Positions 17,893-29,617 of a stretch of DNA of 64,000 nucleotides are shown one piece after another (position 1 is the stretch's first letter; each line of letters begins with the position of its first letter). Location of the stretch: the sequence record PV029745.1, one strand, 5' to 3'. The translations under genes were made by a program, and so were the position numbers. The notes under the pieces were generated by a model, which worked only from the letters and a program-made list of their open reading frames with translations, was not told the DNA's origin and did no database searches.

Positions 17893-18144
17893 TTACAGCG
17901 CTTTCAACGCTTGCTGATGTTCCCATACGATGGTCTTATATTCAACCTCAAGTTCTACACGGGCATCATTAGAAATGCTGATATCTTTAGCATTCCCAAC
18001 TACACGACCTTTACGTACAGTCAGACCCCATTTATCGATCTTGTCAAGGAAAGCCTTAACATCTTTACGGTGTTTTTCTTCCAGCTTGGCAATCCGGATA
18101 GAACGAACATGGTTACGGAACCATTCTTTGATAGACGCGAACAT
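17893..18144 (-). CDS. small hypothetical protein
   Basis: 83 aa; AGGAG RBS. Confidence 0.55.
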   Translation of the reverse strand: MFASIKEWFRNHVRSIRIAKLEEKHRKDVKAFLDKIDKWGLTVRKGRVVGNAKDISISNDARVELEVEYKTIVWEHQQALKAL

Positions 18145-18162
18145 TGTAATCTCCTAGGATAA

Positions 18163-20758
<2,596 letters not shown>

Positions 20759-20782
20759 ATCTCCGATAGTTATACATTTTGA

Positions 20783-20804
20783 TAATGTAGATCTGAGAAA
20801 AAAT
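20783..20804 (-). promoter_or_regulatory. early promoter motif variant
   Basis: Minus strand ATTTTTTCTCAGATCTACATTA. Confidence 0.5.
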
Positions 20805-20849
20805 AAAAAGAAAGCAAATGCTCCTACCCGAAGGTAGGAGCACTATGTT

Positions 20850-21317
20850 TTAAACCTTTACACGGAACTTAGAATCATAGAGATCTTGGAACTCTTTGAT
20901 CATTGCCCGTTGAGTCGGTGTCTCAGTTGCATCATTAAAGAACTCATCAGCGAATTCTTTCTTCTTGCGAACTTCACAACCAAACAGTTCAAGACCGAGA
21001 CAATCAAGTTTATTTTTAAAGTGACCCAGTTCAGACAAACCAGATTGGTCCGGCTTGGAGACCTCTTTCTGCCCCTCGGGTTTAACGCGGAAATCCGTTA
21101 CTTGGGCGTAGCGAATTTCCTTTTCAGGTGCAGGACGATGTACCGGATCCTTCTTCTTGTTCTTCACTCGCTTAGGTACTGTAGGCATCGGAAGAGCAGT
21201 TTTAGGTACAGCTACAGGCTCTGCCTTCTTCTTTTCTTTCTTGGGTGCCGGTACAGTTGCAATAGGACCTTGAGCAGCAATAAGGTCTTTAAGCGAGTTG
21301 AATTTAACGCGTGCCAT
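20850..21317 (-). CDS. basic, Pro/Lys-rich hypothetical protein
   Basis: 155 aa; CTATATTAC motif at 21356-21364 upstream. Confidence 0.6.
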   Translation of the reverse strand: MARVKFNSLKDLIAAQGPIATVPAPKKEKKKAEPVAVPKTALPMPTVPKRVKNKKKDPVHRPAPEKEIRYAQVTDFRVKPEGQKEVSKPDQSGLSELGHFKNKLDCLGLELFGCEVRKKKEFADEFFNDATETPTQRAMIKEFQDLYDSKFRVKV

Positions 21318-21406
21318 GCTTGTATTCTCCTATTGGTGGTTTGTAGTTCACATTTGTAATATAGCCTTTAAAAAGGCTTAAATGTAAACCAAACCACCTT
21401 AATAAA

Positions 21407-22051
21407 TTATACCCGAGGCAGAATAACCTTATCTGCCTGTTTCATGTATTTACCACCACGATCTGCATAGGAAGTTTCACAATCTTGATCGAGATCATGG
21501 AACACCAGTTGCAAAACACCTTCATGTGCATAGAACACGTTAGGGCGATTAGTAGTGTTCTGGAACTCGAACGTGATATGTCCTTCCCAACCTGGCTCGA
21601 TCGGAGTACACAGACAGTTCCAACCAGCTCGCGCGATGGTAGATTTACCAATACACATTGCGATTACATTCCGAGGCATTCGAACATACTCTTTCGAATG
21701 AGTCAGAAGGAAACCACCTGGGGGAACTACAACTTTATCACCGTAGACTGTATCAAACAGATCAGCGCTGATGTTCTTGTAATCCAGTACAGGGTGTTCA
21801 AGTTCTTTACCTGTTACCCAGGCTTTGAAACGTTGCCAAAGAGTGAACTTAGGTAGATGCTTGAATACTTTAAACTCAGTACCAGCTCGAAGATCATAAC
21901 CCCCAGAGGACAGACCATAGGAAGCGATACGCTTTCCATGACTATCTTCTTTCACTGACGAACCGTGAAATGGTTCTATCATTGGACCATGTGCACCGAC
22001 CATTGTGCCTTCGCAGTATTCACGAATTGTTTTATCAGAGAGAACTGTCAT
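21407..22051 (-). CDS. dcd: dCTP deaminase
   Basis: LSDKTI, SYGLSSGGYDLR, GKSTIARAG, PIEPGWEGHITFEFQN, EGVLQLVF, Y.GKYM.Q. Confidence 0.93.
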   Translation of the reverse strand: MTVLSDKTIREYCEGTMVGAHGPMIEPFHGSSVKEDSHGKRIASYGLSSGGYDLRAGTEFKVFKHLPKFTLWQRFKAWVTGKELEHPVLDYKNISADLFDTVYGDKVVVPPGGFLLTHSKEYVRMPRNVIAMCIGKSTIARAGWNCLCTPIEPGWEGHITFEFQNTTNRPNVFYAHEGVLQLVFHDLDQDCETSYADRGGKYMKQADKVILPRV

Positions 22052-22099
22052 TTTTTAATTTACCTGTTGGAGACGTACACTATTAACATGGTCAGTAAA

Positions 22100-22678
22100 T
22101 CAACGCTCTACCAGAGTCTCTTCGTCTGATTTATCGGTCAGAGTTGCGACATATTGCTTCAGAGCAGCTGCACGATCTTGCTCTTGTTTACGCAGGTCAT
22201 ACGGACCATTCTCTTTTACCATGTATTCACGGAACTGCATGACGCCTTGAATATAACCTTCCGGGAGAACAGTAGTCAGACTATTGGCAGTTACTTTACG
22301 GGTGCGAATAGCCTTACCAGTTTCAAGAACATGGTGGATACGGATGAGCTGACGGTTGGTGTCAATACGTTCCGATACGCACGGGAAGTAAACGGGATCA
22401 TCACCTTGCTTAAGACTACCCAAGTCCACTTCAGCGTAAAGAAGTTTGCCATGATTAGCTTCAAAGAAAGCCCGTGCTTCCCTAATACGTTTCGTGCGGA
22501 TAATCTCCGCTTCTCTAACCGCTTTCTGATGTGCTGGTTGCAGGAAAGGATTCATCTTTCGAACATGTCGTCGAATCAGTTTGGTGCTATAACGCGGCGA
22601 GGTATCGGCCATAGCAACAAGATTGTTGTATGCTTCGATGGACATGATAATTTGTTGCGGATCATTATTGCGCTGCAT
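22100..22678 (-). CDS. hypothetical protein (paralog of 23865..24341)
   Basis: Start MQRNN after a GGAG RBS. Confidence 0.65.
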   Translation of the reverse strand: MQRNNDPQQIIMSIEAYNNLVAMADTSPRYSTKLIRRHVRKMNPFLQPAHQKAVREAEIIRTKRIREARAFFEANHGKLLYAEVDLGSLKQGDDPVYFPCVSERIDTNRQLIRIHHVLETGKAIRTRKVTANSLTTVLPEGYIQGVMQFREYMVKENGPYDLRKQEQDRAAALKQYVATLTDKSDEETLVER

Positions 22679-22844
22679 GGGAATCTCCGTTAGTGGTAAA
22701 GTAATGTTTCTTAAGGTGGTCCGGATTAAACTCTGCTTTACGGAATTCATATTTCTCAGCGAGTTCAATGATTGGATTTTCATCTCCTTTCATTGACAGT
22801 TTGAGTTTCCGACGAACCCAATCCTCAGATGCTTTAATTGTCAC
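22665..22844 (-). CDS. small hypothetical protein
   Basis: GTG start after a GGAG RBS (MTIKASEDW...). Confidence 0.45.
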   Translation of the reverse strand: MTIKASEDWVRRKLKLSMKGDENPIIELAEKYEFRKAEFNPDHLKKHYFTTNGDSHAAQ

Positions 22845-23295
22845 GGCTTTTCTCCAATTGATAGGTGGGAGCTCTTTTTCCGAAGATAACGTTTCTACAA
22901 GAGAAGCATCCACAAACAGTGCTCTTCGGTTCCGACCCATCGAGCGAAATAGCTTGTTGCAACAAACGTTCATACATACCCTCTACATCGTTACCTAGTA
23001 AGATTTCTTCAATTATAGTCAATTCGATATTAGCCAAAATCATCTGTTCATCCAATGGACGTTGATGAACATGATGCCATTGAACTGACGCATTAGCTGA
23101 ATTCAGAGTACCTTTGATTTTTTCCAGTTTGTATGTTTCCCCTGTGTTACGTTTGAGTTGTTTACCAAACTCAATCGGATCAATAGGGGAATTCTTGAAT
23201 ATGACGCCTTTTATTTGTTTATTCAAAATCAAGTATCCTCGGGTCTTGTGGATGATGGATAGCTGTCCAGTCAATCGGCTCGTATGGATAATCAA
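22834..23295 (-). CDS. hypothetical protein (start uncertain)
   Basis: Fills the gap between coupled genes. Confidence 0.5.
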   Translation of the reverse strand: MIIHTSRLTGQLSIIHKTRGYLILNKQIKGVIFKNSPIDPIEFGKQLKRNTGETYKLEKIKGTLNSANASVQWHHVHQRPLDEQMILANIELTIIEEILLGNDVEGMYERLLQQAISLDGSEPKSTVCGCFSCRNVIFGKRAPTYQLEKSRDN

Positions 23296-23872
23296 GCTCG
23301 TATTGATCTAGGAACTTGATGACCCATTTTAAGTCATCATCGTAGTACAGGTTCTTACGGATAGGAACTCCAGCATTAACACTTAAGCGAACAGCTGTAT
23401 TAGTACCACCGTTCACCACTTCATTCTCACGCTTCCCCTTAGGGACGGCATAATAGAAGATACCAGTGACCAACTCGTCGAGAGTATGACCATGGATCTG
23501 GAAGACGTTTCGAGTATGGAGAGCTTTACCGTAATCGTTCAACCCACCAAAACTACCACGAGCACAAGCAGCCATACTTTCAGCTGTAGCCCATGTATCA
23601 GTGAACTGGGACGCATCCATAAAGAAAGCATTATCGCGAATGCGATAGAAGCTTCTACCTGTACCACTTGCGAGATAGATCCTAGCACCTACCTCACCAT
23701 ACTTACGCGACTGCTTTGCACCATACCAGCCAGCCCGATCAGAATCATAGGCGTCGCCAGAGCTAATAGCCCAACCGTAGTCTGTGAGCGTACGACCAAG
23801 GCGGATCATTACTTCAAGGATCCATTCAGGTACGTTACGAGAACCTACGATTGCCATGTATCCCCTAGCCAC
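23219..23872 (-). CDS. SLOG/DprA-like Rossmann-fold protein
   Basis: AIVGSRNVP...LGRTL...ISSGDAYDSDRAG, LHTRNVFQIHG, GGTNTAVRLS; no C-terminal wHTH apparent. Confidence 0.75.
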   Translation of the reverse strand: MARGYMAIVGSRNVPEWILEVMIRLGRTLTDYGWAISSGDAYDSDRAGWYGAKQSRKYGEVGARIYLASGTGRSFYRIRDNAFFMDASQFTDTWATAESMAACARGSFGGLNDYGKALHTRNVFQIHGHTLDELVTGIFYYAVPKGKRENEVVNGGTNTAVRLSVNAGVPIRKNLYYDDDLKWVIKFLDQYELDYPYEPIDWTAIHHPQDPRILDFE

Positions 23873-24341
23873 GATAACGACTCTTCGATGAATCCCATTG
23901 AAGCCGGGCAAGTTTCATCGGTGTCCATGTGTCTGCCGGTTTGGTGATAGTCAATTGGTTCAGATCAACCAATTGCTCACGACCATTGAAACCATGTTCT
24001 TTGACACGGATCTTAATTCGGTTAGGAAGATAGACAGAAAGTACCTTAACCGGGATAACGACGAACTCGTCATAACGCATGTAAACAGTAGTGCCGCCAT
24101 GAGCACCAACGAACTGCTTGACCTGTTGTTTCAGGTTAGCATAGTTACGACGAGCCTCTTGAGTCTCGTGCATGTGTTTATCACGCAACCAAGTGTTGCG
24201 CTTACGTGCATGTTTGTGCAGAGAGTTTGCTTTCTCAGGGCAACCAGCTTCTTCACAGCCGATCCTCGCATACGCCATCAGTTCTTCGAATGCATTCGTA
24301 CTAAGTACAATAATGGATTCGTCTTTGTTCTTGTCTGTCAT
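23865..24341 (-). CDS. hypothetical protein (paralog of 22100..22678)
   Basis: 158 aa; GAGG RBS. Confidence 0.65.
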   Translation of the reverse strand: MTDKNKDESIIVLSTNAFEELMAYARIGCEEAGCPEKANSLHKHARKRNTWLRDKHMHETQEARRNYANLKQQVKQFVGAHGGTTVYMRYDEFVVIPVKVLSVYLPNRIKIRVKEHGFNGREQLVDLNQLTITKPADTWTPMKLARLQWDSSKSRYRG

Positions 24342-24426
24342 TTTAATGCCTCGGGATTAAGATCGATGGGTTCATTGCTATTTCCAAAAAGAAATAAAAA
24401 AGGGGAGCCGAAGCTCCCCATTTCAG

Positions 24427-24588
24427 TTACAGCTTGTCCACTTCTTTCCTAACCAGAGCACGGGCTTGTGCTCGTTCGATCCGATGGCATTTCACTTTAG
24501 TCCATTTGCAGGAAGTGAAATAGCGCATTGGACGACGGCTCCAGAACTCTTTGGACCACTGGTGTTTGGAATGATTGCTACGCGACAT
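24427..24588 (-). CDS. 53-aa basic hypothetical protein (below track cutoff)
   Basis: GGAGG RBS; MSRSNHSKHQWSKEFWSRRPMRYFTSCKWTKVKCHRIERAQARALVRKEVDKL; terminator follows. Confidence 0.6.
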   Translation of the reverse strand: MSRSNHSKHQWSKEFWSRRPMRYFTSCKWTKVKCHRIERAQARALVRKEVDKL

Positions 24589-24659
24589 GAGAGTGCCTCC
24601 TTTGGCTCTACGTTAATAAAGCCAGGAAACACTTGGTTGTAGATAGGCATGTTAAGACC

Positions 24660-25082
24660 TCACTGCTTTTTAATTACGATCGATTGAATACAGTGGGATT
24701 CATCAAAGAAGTTCCCACTCCAGTTCATACGGTATTCGAATCCGTCAGGCAGCTGATCAATGCGCAAGAACTTAGGTGCGCTAGTTGCCACGATCTTAGC
24801 CGCCATGGTTACAGCGAACCCATAACCCTGACCAGCAGGATTGATAGCCTCAAGGAACAAGAAGTCTCCAGCTCGTTTGAATTCGATAGTGAGTTTATCA
24901 CCCATCTCATTCAGAACAGGGCTATCGCTATGCATGATGGTCCAGCGATCGTTACGTTCTTCCAGATGGACGAACATGTCACCTTTACCACGACCAATGT
25001 TTTTGAGCTCTACATCTTTAAGCTCAATACCCAAGCCATTGAGGGTGACAGTAACGAGTTGACGTTGTTTCTTTTTCGACAT
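24660..25082 (-). CDS. hypothetical protein
   Basis: 140 aa; TAATG coupling. Confidence 0.6.
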   Translation of the reverse strand: MSKKKQRQLVTVTLNGLGIELKDVELKNIGRGKGDMFVHLEERNDRWTIMHSDSPVLNEMGDKLTIEFKRAGDFLFLEAINPAGQGYGFAVTMAAKIVATSAPKFLRIDQLPDGFEYRMNWSGNFFDESHCIQSIVIKKQ

Positions 25083-25396
25083 TAGTAGCCCCTTCTAGTG
25101 CGGAACGGAAGTGTTCCTTCAATGTAGCGACGTTGGTACGAACTGCCTCTAACTGTAATTCCGTTTTTCCTCTGTACAGACAAATGGAAAGGTCGATGTC
25201 TGTATGCAGTACGCTTAGCAATGTATTTACGAACCCAAGGAGCCTCTCTCTTTGACTGGCATCTAAGTCGAGTTCTAAGGCTAGAGGTTTCATAGAGTAG
25301 ATCACACAGTACTCCTACGATTGCATCACGCAATTCAACGGTTTTCTTATTAGAAGACTTTACGATTTCTATAAGGTCGATAGTTTCAACGAGCAT
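25082..25396 (-). CDS. Arg-rich hypothetical protein
   Basis: TAATG coupling at both ends. Confidence 0.5.
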   Translation of the reverse strand: MLVETIDLIEIVKSSNKKTVELRDAIVGVLCDLLYETSSLRTRLRCQSKREAPWVRKYIAKRTAYRHRPFHLSVQRKNGITVRGSSYQRRYIEGTLPFRTRRGY

Positions 25397-25860
25397 TAGT
25401 ACAAACCTTCCGAGAAAAGCTCATCTCGTGTGCAATGTTCAGGGTAACGCAACTGGCCAGTTTTCTTCACGTGTTCCAGTGCATCACTTCTAGACCAGAA
25501 GACACCGTATTGATCAATGAAGCCTTGTTCATAGTCGGCGTCTGCATAAGCCCTGAGCGCATCCATACCGATAAGATCGATTTGCGCATTCATGGAAACA
25601 CAGTAATGACGAGAACCCGTTACAATGTAATCTTTGTAACGGTTAGCTGCACAGACGATGTAGCGGGTCTTATTATACTTATCCCAACGCCATCCGGTGA
25701 AACCATCTTCATCATCTTCGATCCAGCAGCGCTCACGGAGAGTTTCTTTATGTTTGCGTACAGCTGCTTCAATGATCTTTATTCGATGTTCGATAGGGAC
25801 AGCACCTACCGCTGCTTTCACTTGATCCCAAGCGTCTTCAAACGATTCTGAATGTGCCAT
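25396..25860 (-). CDS. conserved phage hypothetical protein
   Basis: IVCAANR..GSRH..EQGFIDQYG.F.SR..A...GQL..LFSEGLY pattern recalled from other phage hypotheticals. Confidence 0.7.
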   Translation of the reverse strand: MAHSESFEDAWDQVKAAVGAVPIEHRIKIIEAAVRKHKETLRERCWIEDDEDGFTGWRWDKYNKTRYIVCAANRYKDYIVTGSRHYCVSMNAQIDLIGMDALRAYADADYEQGFIDQYGVFWSRSDALEHVKKTGQLRYPEHCTRDELFSEGLY

Positions 25861-25869
25861 TCTTTTTCC

Positions 25870-26970
25870 TTAGAAACCAATACGGTTTGCTTTACGGGGA
25901 GAACTAGCTGCATCAGTGTTCAATGCTTCAGCCAGAGTGAAGTTATTACCAACGAAATCCACAGGCTCAAGACCGTTAGCAATACGAGCATCGTTCGCTT
26001 GTTCAGCCGTAAGGGTCTTAAAGGTGAGGATATCGAAAGCACGTCCAGGACGAACCAGAGCCTCGTCAACATCACGAAGAGTTGGGAGGTTAGTAGAGAT
26101 GATGATCTTGGTTTTGGTAGACACAAGACCAGCAGTCGCATTCAGCAGACCTGCCATATTACTGTTACCATCCTCACGCTTGGCAACCATCTTATCAGAG
26201 TCTTCAGTAATGATCAGCGAGTTATCCTCGACACCACGAATAAAGCTGGTGAGATCACCATGACTCAGTACGGAGTCTTGGTCAGCCAGATAGACGTTGC
26301 GATCTTCATAACCACGAGCACGGACCATCTCGTTGATGAAGTTCGACTTACCAGTACCAGGCGGACCAATCAACAGAAGTACGTTGGCCTCAGATGCTGC
26401 AAACTCAGCCCAGGTTTCAGCCGGAGAACGATCCAGGAACGGATACATATCCATCAACTTCTCGTTGTAATCACGAGTAGCGATTACTTCACTCCATGCA
26501 TAGAGTTCGTCTTTCTGGCGATTCAACCGGATACGCTTGATGCTTGGCGGTTTGGTCTGATCGAATACCGATTCGAACATCTCTTTAAACTTGGTAGAGA
26601 AGTCTTCAGTAGAGTAGATAGAGAAACCATGGCAGGTCGCTTCCTCCATACCCTCGATAAGGAAACCGAGAATACCTTCGTCGTCCAACAACGCCCAACC
26701 ACCACTGATACCAAATGCATGGAGATTGAACTTGGCGATGACTTTGTCCTTAATCTCCCGTATGCGTTCTTTGATGTACACTTCACGATCTACACCGAAC
26801 GTGTAATAGATGCGAAGTTTCTCACTGGCTGATTCCAGACCTTGTTCGTTAAGAGTGAAATGGTAAGCGCTGTAACGGTTACCTGCCTGGATTGCCTTCA
26901 TGCACAGATGAGTATAACGCTCAATCCAATATTGCTGGTTAGGATTAAGTTTAGGGCCACGATAAGACAT
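25870..26970 (-). CDS. AAA+ ATPase
   Basis: Walker A GPPGTGKS, Walker B IITED, LLNATAG, STN, DEALVRPGR. Confidence 0.9.
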   Translation of the reverse strand: MSYRGPKLNPNQQYWIERYTHLCMKAIQAGNRYSAYHFTLNEQGLESASEKLRIYYTFGVDREVYIKERIREIKDKVIAKFNLHAFGISGGWALLDDEGILGFLIEGMEEATCHGFSIYSTEDFSTKFKEMFESVFDQTKPPSIKRIRLNRQKDELYAWSEVIATRDYNEKLMDMYPFLDRSPAETWAEFAASEANVLLLIGPPGTGKSNFINEMVRARGYEDRNVYLADQDSVLSHGDLTSFIRGVEDNSLIITEDSDKMVAKREDGNSNMAGLLNATAGLVSTKTKIIISTNLPTLRDVDEALVRPGRAFDILTFKTLTAEQANDARIANGLEPVDFVGNNFTLAEALNTDAASSPRKANRIGF

Positions 26971-27024
26971 TTGATTTTCCTTTTAATGAGAGATGGCATA
27001 AAGCTCCCCGAAGGGAGCAGTATG

Positions 27025-27384
27025 TTAGTCAGGTTTCTTAGCGACTACTAGACGAGACCACTTTGTAGAGGAATTACCTTCACCTTCAACATTGAAGATT
27101 CGGTCCTGGCTATTAGGTGGCATGCGACCAGTAATACTACTGAGGTCTTTAATAATGAAACCAGCTTCACCCAGATCTTTAATAAGTTTGGTGATTACGT
27201 CGGAATCAGTAATGTGACCAAGGACGTGGAACTGAAAAGTACTAGTTCCATTGACCAGGCGATGACCAGCTTTAACTTTATCAGCATCTGCCATGTCGGC
27301 TTCTAATGCAGCTACGACTGCTGCGGAGTCAACATCATCAGCTTTGATAATATCGACAAGTTCATCAAATGTTGGGAATGCCAT
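27025..27384 (-). CDS. hypothetical protein (resembles the C-terminus of 27827..28609)
   Basis: 119 aa; GAAGG RBS. Confidence 0.6.
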   Translation of the reverse strand: MAFPTFDELVDIIKADDVDSAAVVAALEADMADADKVKAGHRLVNGTSTFQFHVLGHITDSDVITKLIKDLGEAGFIIKDLSSITGRMPPNSQDRIFNVEGEGNSSTKWSRLVVAKKPD

Positions 27385-27413
27385 GTTACACCTTCTTTTG
27401 AATAGACATATCG

Positions 27414-27830
27414 TTAAGCTTCATTTTTGGAACGGCTATAATGTACAGTACGAAGCATACCGTAGACTCGACCATTTGCCAGATCCATTTTACCATTACA
27501 GAAACGATCGGTCTTGACTTCCCAACCGATACCTTCAAGGAACTTAGCAACAGCTGCACTACGAGAGATACCTGCTTCACAGTGAACAATCAATGTCTCA
27601 CCATCGGGAACCTTATCGATGAATGTAAGGATCTTGTCAGCATGTACATAGTCGAACATCTGATAACGACTATCTACGTAATCCTCAATATCGTCGAAAA
27701 CAAGAACCAATACAGCTTTATGCTCACGTACAAACTTTACGTCTTGTTCAGGACAGCGAATAGAGATGATGTAACTTTCGTCAGTCAAGGCTTGAGCCGC
27801 TAACCGAGAATAGAATTTTACTCTTTTCAT
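27414..27830 (-). CDS. Cys-based (PTP/dual-specificity) phosphatase
   Basis: IISIR..., L.FDDI, IVHCEAGISRSAAVA (HCxxGxxR); ATGA-coupled start. Confidence 0.85.
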   Translation of the reverse strand: MKRVKFYSRLAAQALTDESYIISIRCPEQDVKFVREHKAVLVLVFDDIEDYVDSRYQMFDYVHADKILTFIDKVPDGETLIVHCEAGISRSAAVAKFLEGIGWEVKTDRFCNGKMDLANGRVYGMLRTVHYSRSKNEA

Positions 27831-28609
27831 ACAGCTACCTTTCGGTGTAGCATTAGGCGAGTCCAAGAACCAGAAGCCATACCAGATACAGCCGTGGATG
27901 CTCCAGTCCAACCCTGTTCTTTCAGAACGCCGTATAGTTCATTCAAGATATCAATATGGATAACCCCGTTGATACCGAATTCGTAAATCAACATATCTTT
28001 CTTTTGTCGAACTGCATGTTGACCAGCACATTTAACCTTATCGGCATTCTGCCATTTGAAAGTACGCAACAAGGTTAAGATATCTTGGACGGACAGAATA
28101 TCAAATCCATCAAAGAAATCTGGAGTCACCCGAGCATTAAGCTGTTCTTCAACGACGGAATCCATGGATTCCTTATCGTGGACGATTATAGGTTTCTCTT
28201 CCATCACATGAACGGGTGGGAAAACATAACCGGCTTGAACATCCCCCTCTTTACTAACGGTGAAACCTAAACGGAGCGAATTATCATATTCGACCATACA
28301 GGGAGCTAGCTCTACGTCCCAATCACCAACCCAGGCCGGGTGATCCATATTAGCTGACTTAATAAGACTCTGATGTGTACGAGTCGTTACTAAACAGTAT
28401 CCAAGGTTAATGAAGAGACTAATATCATCTTTTACCGGGTTAAATAGAGTTGCTTTCCGATGGTCTCGGTCGAGCCTCGCTCCTGCCAGATCATCACAAA
28501 GATAGAAATGTTGGCACTCTCCATCAACTCGTTGGTTGAACTGGATGAGATAAAATTTGTTATTGTCTAGTTCCTTAATAAGTTCATTTACTTTTTCAGC
28601 AATATTCAT
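27827..28609 (-). CDS. hypothetical protein, first gene of a leftward unit
   Basis: 260 aa; GGAG RBS and promoter motif upstream. Confidence 0.65.
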   Translation of the reverse strand: MNIAEKVNELIKELDNNKFYLIQFNQRVDGECQHFYLCDDLAGARLDRDHRKATLFNPVKDDISLFINLGYCLVTTRTHQSLIKSANMDHPAWVGDWDVELAPCMVEYDNSLRLGFTVSKEGDVQAGYVFPPVHVMEEKPIIVHDKESMDSVVEEQLNARVTPDFFDGFDILSVQDILTLLRTFKWQNADKVKCAGQHAVRQKKDMLIYEFGINGVIHIDILNELYGVLKEQGWTGASTAVSGMASGSWTRLMLHRKVAV

Positions 28610-28645
28610 CGGTATTCTCCTTTCTTTGAAAAGATGTTCTCTTAG

Positions 28646-28670
28646 GTAATATAGATGTAAGATAATTTTT
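28646..28670 (-). promoter_or_regulatory. early promoter motif
   Basis: Minus strand AAAAATTATCTTACATCTATATTAC. Confidence 0.6.
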
Positions 28671-28714
28671 ATTAGGCAATCCTATAGTTCTTCCTTAACA
28701 GCAAAGGTGCTAAT

Positions 28715-29617
28715 ATGTTTGAAGTGCTGTTATCATTGAGTCAAAAGAAGCAAGCTATAGAGTATCCATTTTCTGGACCAGGAAGTAAATTCCTAATAAA
28801 GGGTAATGAGACACTTGGGTATTTCGGTCTAGTCGATTCGAAAGATATTTATTTTCGTTAACGGTTTATCGAACAGGCAGATATCGCTGACTATACTAAC
28901 TCCATCGTAGGTTCATTCGCTAACCAACAATGGGTTAAATATTTCTGGTTAGGTAAGGTTTGTTTCGCTCCCTTATCTATCTTCATGACTAACGTCTCAT
29001 GGAAGGTTCTTTATGATAAGGGCCTTGTGTTTGGAGACAATACAGTTGGTCAGAATATTCCAAGTGGATACAATACTGTTCAAGATAAGTTCTATCATTT
29101 CACTGATAATGAAGGAAGCTGGCAATTTAGAATTCGGATGGGTCATCTAACCGAGAACCCGTTCACGCCAACCAATAATGAAGACCCGACGAGTGAACTT
29201 GGTCAGGTATTTACACGAGTAACAAATGGGTCTTGGGACAATAGACCCACAAGTGTTATCGGTCTTGGTAACAGTACTTGGACAAAGGCTCTAAATACAA
29301 CTCAGCGTCCTATGTATCAGTTTTACAATACAAGTATCACATCTGTAAATAACAACGCTCCAACGAATAATGGTATTTGGCGTCCGGTATTAGAGTTGAT
29401 TCCTAAAGATGAATATCACTTGGTACCAATTGAAACGACAATTAATGCTTATAGTAATTTAGCCGAAGCTAGTATTATAACCAATACAGAAATCAGCTCT
29501 GGTGGAATTCAACCTATTATTCAACTTACTTCACTGCCAACTCCTGTAAGTATTGCTTATATTAGCAATGCACCGCAAGATGAAACGCTTATCGTTCTAC
29601 AGAACCTTTTGACGTGA
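28715..29617 (+). pseudogene. phiKZ-like virion structural protein gene with in-frame TAA at 28859-28861
   Basis: One frame from ATG 28715 (AAAGGTG RBS): SGPG..KGNETLGYFG...YFR*RFIEQ...WVKYFWLGKVCFAP..VSWKVLYDKGLVFG...WRPVLEL. Confidence 0.7.

Noticed and set aside
25024-25305. Alternative-frame 93-aa ORF that looks helical
   Set aside because: The overlapping 25082..25396 frame is TAATG-coupled at both ends, whereas this one runs 59 nt into the next gene; cannot be fully excluded without homologs
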